In this document: positions 57,800-64,000 of the stretch, piece after piece
Numbering within the stretch: position 1 is the first letter of the stretch
Layout: each line of letters opens with the position of its first letter
NCBI GenBank assembly: GCA_020353515.1
Contig: CP070695.1
Coordinates: 2,486,966-2,550,965, forward strand
Reading direction: 5' to 3'
Source of the DNA: Candidatus Heimdallarchaeota archaeon
GTDB lineage: Archaea; Asgardarchaeota; Heimdallarchaeia; Hodarchaeales; Hodarchaeaceae
Length of the DNA stretch: 64,000 nucleotides
Translations under genes and position numbers: made by a program
Notes under the pieces: model-generated
What the model was told of the DNA's origin: nothing
Databases searched by the model: none
Seen by the model: only the letters and a program-made list of their open reading frames with translations

Positions 57800-58027
57800 T
57801 TATGTTAATTTTGATAGATCTCGTTTGAGATTTCCACTGGCCAATAAATACCCAAGTAAAGAAAATAAGGGGCCTAAAGGCATAATATTTACATATATAG
57901 TTGTTATTCCTATTTTTAATGAGATAGGTGAATCCCAGAAGAAAATTAGCCATCCTATCCCCAATAAAATAAAAAAAACCCCGATTCTCTTATAAATCCA
58001 TTCCTGCTGATTCTCTGAAAGATTCAT
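57800..58027 (-). CDS. Small 2-TM protein
   Basis: 75 aa with two hydrophobic segments. Confidence 0.5.
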   Translation of the reverse strand: MNLSENQQEWIYKRIGVFFILLGIGWLIFFWDSPISLKIGITTIYVNIMPLGPLFSLLGYLLASGNLKRDLSKLT

Positions 58028-58185
58028 AATTATCGCACAATTTCGTTAATTAATTGTTATAGATTCTTTTTCTTCTTATAAAGTTAGCTATCATAACTAT
58101 TCGGCTGTACTCGGTGGGGTGTGTATTTTCTTCAGATATAAATAATCAATATTCTTTCTCACTTCCTCACAGGGTTTGAGTCTTA

Positions 58186-59052
58186 TTACTGAAAGAAAAA
58201 ATCCCTTGCTACCTTGTGGATATGATGATAGATTTCCTCTGTTGGTTCGTGTAAACTATCAATTGTCTCAGTATAGATTAAATTGGGGAATATTTCTTTT
58301 GCGCGAGGAATTACTCGCGAAGCAGGAAATAGAATGTCTTTGGCTGCTGCTACAATTATAGTAGGAGCCTTTAAATCATCTAATTCACCGTCATTAGCAG
58401 GACGAGGCATTTTTGGGTTGATTTTCACATGTTTGAAGATTGCTTGAAGCATTTCTAATCTTTCTTCATCAAATCTCGTCATCAAAGTGCTAGATAATTT
58501 CATCATATTCTGATCTGTTGGTCGTAGCCTGTATTTGAGATAAGGAAGCATCAATTTTAGTTTGTCTTTAAGTGATCCGTTAGCAATTCCAGAGGGAATA
58601 AATAATGACAGTTTATTTACTCTTTTTGGAGCTACAGTTGCTAAACGAATAGCGATACCCGCTCCAAAGGAGCCAGAATAAATATTGATTGTTTCAAACT
58701 GTAATGCATCAATCACATCTAGTAACCAATAACCATAACTCAAATCATCAGAAGAAAGTTGAGTTTCATCACTCTTTCCTGGATGGCCAATAGTGTCTAC
58801 AATAAACGCATTAAATCTTTCTAAGAGGGGTAAATCACTCTTCAACATATCAGGAGTAAAAGAATTTCCTCCATGTAAACACATTAACGGAGTGGCGTCT
58901 TTATTACCGAGATTAACAATATGTGTCCTCCCAAATCGGGTTTGAACATAAATATCTTCAAATTCAGTGTTTAAAGCCCTCATGTGCCTGTCATAGATCT
59001 TTAATAAATAGGTTTTACCTTCAGGAGAGCGATATATAGACTTCTGAGTCAT
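58186..59052 (-). CDS. Alpha/beta hydrolase
   Basis: HGG oxyanion motif, D.IGHPGKS, SGSFG nucleophile elbow, then Asp (KDIL) and His (LHE). Confidence 0.88.
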   Translation of the reverse strand: MTQKSIYRSPEGKTYLLKIYDRHMRALNTEFEDIYVQTRFGRTHIVNLGNKDATPLMCLHGGNSFTPDMLKSDLPLLERFNAFIVDTIGHPGKSDETQLSSDDLSYGYWLLDVIDALQFETINIYSGSFGAGIAIRLATVAPKRVNKLSLFIPSGIANGSLKDKLKLMLPYLKYRLRPTDQNMMKLSSTLMTRFDEERLEMLQAIFKHVKINPKMPRPANDGELDDLKAPTIIVAAAKDILFPASRVIPRAKEIFPNLIYTETIDSLHEPTEEIYHHIHKVARDFFFQ

Positions 59053-59510
59053 AAAATCACTTATTAGGAATTTCAGGACTCTCTACTAAGAGAGTGGTTT
59101 GGATTAATTTGAAAATTTCGTCAATTAAGTATTCCTGTAGTGGTAATGGCCAAAAAAAAGATCCACAATTAGAATAATCCTACATTAGAATCACTGATAT
59201 CTTTAAAATCTTTTTCATGGAACGTGATTGAGTGTATAGATGCCGTCATATTGGAGTAAATTACTACTTATTGATCTAACACCTAGATGATCATCACATA
59301 CACAGAAAGATGTGTTTTCTTTATTTTTAATAGTATGTCTCTCTTTTCCCTCACTCTTCTTTTGTTGGTTAATCTTGACCATCAAGAGGGGGTCACTGAT
59401 TTTTGATTGAACCCACCATAAATAGGCGAATTGGTGATTCTATTAGATTAGAAATAGTTTTAATAGTGTTACTTCAACTTTATGCCGTTATTTAACTATA
59501 GCCTTGCTGC

Positions 59511-59804
59511 TTAGCTAGTAAAAAAGATAAGAATCGTCAAAAGACTGATTAATCCAATTCCCACAGATCCAATAATTACGAAATTGTGTGGGGAAAAAAA
59601 TAATGAGGTATTATCTGACTCTTCTTGTTTGTAGGATGATTCAATGACACCAGTTATTACCCAACACAATACGGAGAAAATAAATCCAGTCTTAAAAAGA
59701 TTAAAAGAAATCCCGATTATTAAAGAAGAAAAACTTATCACCCAGAAAAAAATGATAACTTTTCTCTTTTGATTCGTTCGTAATGTTTTGATTGATTGTT
59801 CCAT
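59511..59804 (-). CDS. Small 3-TM protein
   Basis: Hydrophobic 97 aa ORF; GGTGA SD. Confidence 0.6.
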   Translation of the reverse strand: MEQSIKTLRTNQKRKVIIFFWVISFSSLIIGISFNLFKTGFIFSVLCWVITGVIESSYKQEESDNTSLFFSPHNFVIIGSVGIGLISLLTILIFFTS

Positions 59805-59858
59805 TTACTTCACCATTCTTCCAGTGAAAAAGGAAAGGGGGAAAAGAGGTTAGTCGAA

Positions 59859-60638
59859 CTACAACTCTTCACGATTAAAACGCCATAAAGCTATTGCTGT
59901 GAATAAGATACTACCTAGAATTGTGATAAAGAACGGAATCAAAGATCCTACTGGCTCTCCTAGCGCAACAGCACCAAAGAAAGAAACATCTGCATTTCCT
60001 GAAGGAAAGAACATAGACATTGGATGAAACTCTGAAATAAGAGGCAGACTATAAAATAATGAGTATCCAGGACCAAGTAACATTGGAATTCCAATGACTC
60101 CTCCTCTAGAATCAAAGAGAGTTCCTAGCATCAATGTTAAAGTCAGAAAGAAGATTAAGTTGAGAGCAAGAAGTGCGATAGCCGCAAAGAAAGGGCCAGG
60201 GGGTAAAAGTACTCCTCTTAATGCATAAATTGTTCCATATACTACAATTCCTGGAACTATAGCTAGACTTACAGCGATACCTACAACATTGCCTATTAAT
60301 TTTGATAGAATGTATGCAGGACGAGAAACAGGTTTGGAAAGGATCCATGCGGCGGTTCCAGTTTCTTTTTCTCCAATAATAACATCCTGTAAAACTATGA
60401 CGACATTGATTACTGGGAACATTCCAGCTAGTAATCCTAATATCATGAGGGCTGATGCTACGTCATCAGTTCCAGATAGCACCCCTAACAACGAACCATT
60501 AATAATAGCCACCCAAATGGCCATCATAATGTACCAATCTTTTGTCCCCCACCGACCAAATTCAGCTGACAATAGGTTGCTTAATCCAGTTCTCCAACCT
60601 TGAACATTTCTTAAATTAAATTCTGAGTTTAATACCAT
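59859..60638 (-). CDS. ABC-2 type permease
   Basis: GEKETGTAAWILSKPVSR..YILSK, C-terminal F.REEL. Confidence 0.9.
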   Translation of the reverse strand: MVLNSEFNLRNVQGWRTGLSNLLSAEFGRWGTKDWYIMMAIWVAIINGSLLGVLSGTDDVASALMILGLLAGMFPVINVVIVLQDVIIGEKETGTAAWILSKPVSRPAYILSKLIGNVVGIAVSLAIVPGIVVYGTIYALRGVLLPPGPFFAAIALLALNLIFFLTLTLMLGTLFDSRGGVIGIPMLLGPGYSLFYSLPLISEFHPMSMFFPSGNADVSFFGAVALGEPVGSLIPFFITILGSILFTAIALWRFNREEL

Positions 60639-60642
60639 TTGT

Positions 60643-61602
60643 TTAACCTTCCACTAAATTTAGAAAAACATCTTCTAACTCGAAGCTCTTCTGTTGAAAT
60701 TCAATGACTCTTAATTGTTCATCCTTAAGCAGTAATCTGAGTAAGTGTTGTTCAGCAAGAGTTGAATCATTCACTCCAACTTGCCAAGTTGTAAAGCCAT
60801 TCTTCTCAAGAATATTGATGTCTGTGATCCAAGTTTTTCCAGAAATGTAGTCATAAGCATTAGTAGTGTCACCTTTGATCTTAATATTGTAGATTAACCC
60901 TTCACTTCCAGCTAAAAGCTCTTCAATAGATCCTTGGGCAACTAATTCCCCTTTATTAAGAATAGCAACACTATCACTAACTTTCTGCACATCGTCGAGA
61001 ATGTGAGTGCTATAGAAAATGGTGGTATATTTTCGGAGTCGTTCCATTACTTCAAGTACATCACGACGACCAATAGGATCAAGTGAAGCAGCTGGTTCGT
61101 CTAAGATTAGCAAATCAGGATAATTAATCTGAGCTTGAGCAATCCCCAATCGTTGGACTTCTCCACCAGAAAAACCAGCAATTGGTCTATCAGCTTTCTC
61201 CGATAGACTTACCAGGTCAAGCATTTCTTGAACTCGATCTTCAATTAGTTGTTTGGGCCCTTTAAAGTAGAAATAAGCAGCAAAGCGTAGCAACTCGCGT
61301 GCAGTCAAATGTTCGAGTGTTTTAATGTCGAGATCTTGTGGTAAGTAACCAATACGAGCTCGAATGTTGATATTATCTTGTACAATATCATGACCAAAGA
61401 TAGTACCACTACCATTTGTAGGTCTGATAAGTCCAAGCAATAATTTCATCGTAGTGGTTTTACCCGCACCGTTTGGACCAAGAAATCCAAAAATTGAGTT
61501 TTTTCGTACCTTAAGATCTAATGGTTTCAGGGCTTGGACACCGTTGAAGGTTTTACTAAGCCCGTTTGTTTCAATAATTACTGACATGTATTTCATTTCC
61601 AT
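60643..61602 (-). CDS. ABC-2 ATPase
   Basis: GPNGAGKT, FSGGEVQR, LDEPAASLDP, STHIL, LEDVFL. Confidence 0.95.
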   Translation of the reverse strand: MEMKYMSVIIETNGLSKTFNGVQALKPLDLKVRKNSIFGFLGPNGAGKTTTMKLLLGLIRPTNGSGTIFGHDIVQDNINIRARIGYLPQDLDIKTLEHLTARELLRFAAYFYFKGPKQLIEDRVQEMLDLVSLSEKADRPIAGFSGGEVQRLGIAQAQINYPDLLILDEPAASLDPIGRRDVLEVMERLRKYTTIFYSTHILDDVQKVSDSVAILNKGELVAQGSIEELLAGSEGLIYNIKIKGDTTNAYDYISGKTWITDINILEKNGFTTWQVGVNDSTLAEQHLLRLLLKDEQLRVIEFQQKSFELEDVFLNLVEG

Positions 61603-61691
61603 TTTTCATTTCGTTTTTTTTAGTTGTTTAATCTGATTAGTACTAATTTCTCCCTCCTTAAAAGATGGATATTCTAGCCGTTACGCCAAGA

Positions 61692-61725
61692 AGTTTGAAT
61701 TTCAAGCCACTTTGTGGTTCAAAGT
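61692..61725. promoter_or_regulatory. Tandem 17 bp operator-like sites in a divergent promoter
   Basis: AGTTTG-N5-CAAGCC immediately followed by the perfect ACTTTG-N5-CAAAGT (61709-61725), just upstream of a TTATATAA box. Confidence 0.6.
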
Positions 61726-61753
61726 TTATTGTCCTTATATAAGTAAATAGAGA

Positions 61754-62437
61754 ATGTGTCTAACTATGGAAGATAGTACAATTTCCTCTGCAGAAATCAA
61801 ACAGTTACTCTATTATATGAATCGTGTAAAATCTTTTGAAAAAACATTTATGATTCAAAAGGATAGTATGGAACGTCTAATCTGGGGACTCCTTTTGATA
61901 GGTGCAGGGATTTTAGATGGTGTGTTTTCAAGCTTACGATTCTTTGGACTAGCAAGCATCACTCCATGGTTACTAGCGATGGTTTCAGGGCTGATAATCC
62001 AAGGCTTTTCTGATCGTCATCTCATTAACATTTATAGTCGAAAAACTCAGGAAAAGGAAGATGAAGGTAATAACCTTTTCTTAATTGGTAGTTTCATAAT
62101 AATGGGAGCAGCCATAGGTTTTTTCAACTTCACTGAATTACACTATCTTACTTTCCCAACAGTCGCCCTTATCAGTGGATTTACAGCCTTAGTGGTAGAT
62201 AAGAAATACTACTTGAAAAATGAGGAAATTTTGTCTAAAATGACTTATCTCGTGACTCCAATCGTATCATTTACTGCAGCAATAGTCATGCTACTCGGGA
62301 CTCTTATTGATCCTACATCTTTTGTCTATGGAGGCATAATATTCGGTTTTACTTTTGGGACTAGCTTTAGTCTTGTTGCTTTTTGGAATCGAAGGCAAGT
62401 TGACATTTATATTGAGAAGATAGATATTCCTGAATAA
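61754..62437 (+). CDS. 6-TM membrane protein upstream of the wHTH gene
   Basis: Hydrophobic segments, LIWG motif. Confidence 0.75.
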   Translation: MCLTMEDSTISSAEIKQLLYYMNRVKSFEKTFMIQKDSMERLIWGLLLIGAGILDGVFSSLRFFGLASITPWLLAMVSGLIIQGFSDRHLINIYSRKTQEKEDEGNNLFLIGSFIIMGAAIGFFNFTELHYLTFPTVALISGFTALVVDKKYYLKNEEILSKMTYLVTPIVSFTAAIVMLLGTLIDPTSFVYGGIIFGFTFGTSFSLVAFWNRRQVDIYIEKIDIPE

Positions 62438-62538
62438 ACTATCATCTATTAACTAGTTATCCTAACTTCTTGGATGGTGGATTGTAGGGATTTGCCTTTA
62501 GCGTCCAAAAACATAAAAATAAAAGTTTTCTAAACTTC

Positions 62539-62898
62539 ATGATCCTGTTGAATGCTGCAGATCCCCAGAAGGATGATATTCAAACCGTGTTGGACTTAGA
62601 TGTAGATCTCCACAATCCCACACGGCTTTCTATTCTTATGTTTCTCTTACCACGGGGTAGAGCCCCTTTCACAATTATACAAAAGGCACTAGGATTAACA
62701 AGTGGGAATCTGTCATCTCACATTAAGAAACTTCAAAACAAAGGATATATTGAGGTTAAAAAGAAGTTTATTGACCTTAAGCCCACAACAGTCCTGTATT
62801 TAAGCATGGAGGGAAGGAAATCTATGGTTGAATATGCCTCCAATCTTTCTTCGGTCTTACAAAATATGCTTGTAGACGAAGGAAGAACTGACATGTAG
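62539..62898 (+). CDS. Small winged-helix regulator (HTH_34/MarR-like)
   Basis: LHNPTRLSILMFL...F..IQKALGLTSGNLSSHIKKL..KGYIEVKK.F...KPTT...LS.EG. Confidence 0.9.
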   Translation: MILLNAADPQKDDIQTVLDLDVDLHNPTRLSILMFLLPRGRAPFTIIQKALGLTSGNLSSHIKKLQNKGYIEVKKKFIDLKPTTVLYLSMEGRKSMVEYASNLSSVLQNMLVDEGRTDM

Positions 62899-62918
62899 AA
62901 ATAGTTTTTAAGTTGGAT

Positions 62919-63386
62919 TCAGGCTGAATCAAGGCTTCTTAACCATTTTCGTAATCGTACCCACCGAAAACTAACTCTAGTAATAATAAAAGGGAAATAG
63001 AAAAGGGTAAGAACAACAATGAGATCAATATTAATTTCACCAACAAATACATATCCATTATAGCACAATAAGATATAGGGAATATAGAAAATCAATCTTA
63101 TAATTTGATATAGTGTAGGACTGCCAAGATAAGCAGGATGACCTTGATATTCTGTGGGGAGAAGAAAATACCCATGACCTTCAAGAAACATTGCCAATCC
63201 GAACAATATTCCACTAATTAGAGTCGTAAAGAAGAATTCAAAAGAATTGGTCTCTACTAATGAGGTACTAAGTAACAATATTACTCCTACTATAAGACAC
63301 AATAATCCAGAAGCGATGAGAAGGGTTTGAAATCGAGTTCTCTTCACTTCAGTATTTTCTTGTTCATTTTCTAACTCTATGACCAA
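62919..63386 (-). CDS. 4-TM membrane protein, tandem paralog A
   Basis: Shares VKR.R..TLL.A.G..CL..GVILL, GHGY.LLPTE and P.Y.GSP.L.Q with 63417-63890. Confidence 0.8.
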   Translation of the reverse strand: MVIELENEQENTEVKRTRFQTLLIASGLLCLIVGVILLLSTSLVETNSFEFFFTTLISGILFGLAMFLEGHGYFLLPTEYQGHPAYLGSPTLYQIIRLIFYIPYILLCYNGYVFVGEINIDLIVVLTLFYFPFIITRVSFRWVRLRKWLRSLDSA

Positions 63387-63416
63387 TGATATTACATCCC
63401 AATAAGGAATCCAATG

Positions 63417-63890
63417 TTAAGGTTCCCATTTACATGTTTTCCAAATCCAACGTCGTAACTGTGACCACTCAGAGGTAGTTCTACTAATAACATAGGGGAG
63501 AAAAAGGATGGTCATTACGACAAAGAAATCATAATCAAGATTGAGTCCATTAACAATAATTAAGCCATTATAGGCGATTAGAAAGAATAGAATGTGGTCA
63601 AGGACTATTACAACTTGAAATAATACAGGGCTACCGAAATACGTAGGCCGATCTCTTTCTTCTGTGGGGAGAAGATGATACCCATGGCCTCCAAAGAAAA
63701 ATGCTAATCCACCAAAAATAGCACTGACCAGAGTAGTCAAGTAAAATTCTAAAGAACCACTCTCTATGAATAAGGTGCCAAATAGCAAAATTACTCCTAT
63801 AACTAAGCACGAAATCCCAATAGCAAAGAGGAGGGTAGGGAGTCGAGCTCTCTTTACATCAGGATCTTCTTTATTTTCCTCTACAACCAT
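63417..63890 (-). CDS. 4-TM membrane protein, tandem paralog B
   Basis: Colinear similarity to 62919-63386 at protein and DNA level. Confidence 0.8.
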   Translation of the reverse strand: MVVEENKEDPDVKRARLPTLLFAIGISCLVIGVILLFGTLFIESGSLEFYLTTLVSAIFGGLAFFFGGHGYHLLPTEERDRPTYFGSPVLFQVVIVLDHILFFLIAYNGLIIVNGLNLDYDFFVVMTILFLPYVISRTTSEWSQLRRWIWKTCKWEP

Positions 63891-64000
63891 TAAAGCATCA
63901 TCTCATATATGGTGAAAATCAATGAAGGTTGATTATTAAAATCCCTTAGATACCTGCAAGAAATCCTATTACCTATTCAAAAGGAATAATTCATATCTAT

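Noticed and set aside
14089-61636. Numerous 60-120 aa antisense or nested ORFs inside transporter and enzyme genes
   Set aside because: They fully overlap well-supported genes and lack motifs or SD sites.
1-64000. tRNA, rRNA, IS elements, integrases, CRISPR arrays
   Set aside because: None recognised by eye. tRNAscan-SE, Infernal and ISEScan runs would be needed to exclude them formally.

Overview
AT-rich, gene-dense archaeal chromosomal window. It is most likely from an Asgard archaeon (Heimdallarchaeia/Hodarchaeales-like); this is inferred from three Rab-like small GTPases, GGTGA/GGAGG Shine-Dalgarno sites, C-terminally anchored surface proteins, a heliorhodopsin and a PAS/MCP signalling block. 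No rRNA, tRNA, CRISPR array or transposase was recognised. Layout: 1-12.3 kb signal transduction (REC-PAS-HK missed by the ORF track, PAS3-DUF835-wHTH, a short MCP, a membrane HK), partly bounded by an ~85 bp direct repeat and decayed genes. 13.5-31 kb mixed transport and housekeeping genes (Bcp, BMP-type ABC importer, MacB-type exporter, MaoC, GNAT, site-2 protease, NYN, Mo-oxidoreductase fused to a 4-His membrane domain). 32-35 kb holds an 8-repeat DxDxDG surface protein. The most striking region is 36.7-49.3 kb, an uninterrupted minus-strand run: heterodimeric ABC exporter, DUF1295, tocopherol-cyclase-like protein, Stay-Green Mg-dechelatase homolog, MFS exporter, heliorhodopsin, 2-Cys membrane protein, UvsE, CPD photolyase and a PlsC-type acyltransferase, with palindromic operator candidates. 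I read it as a candidate light/photo-oxidative-stress and possibly chlorophyll-detoxification system. 50-64 kb holds a third GTPase, a hidden frameshifted wHTH gene, an anchored alkaline phosphatase and two ABC-2/membrane protein/wHTH modules. All family calls come from motif recognition by eye; no searches were run.
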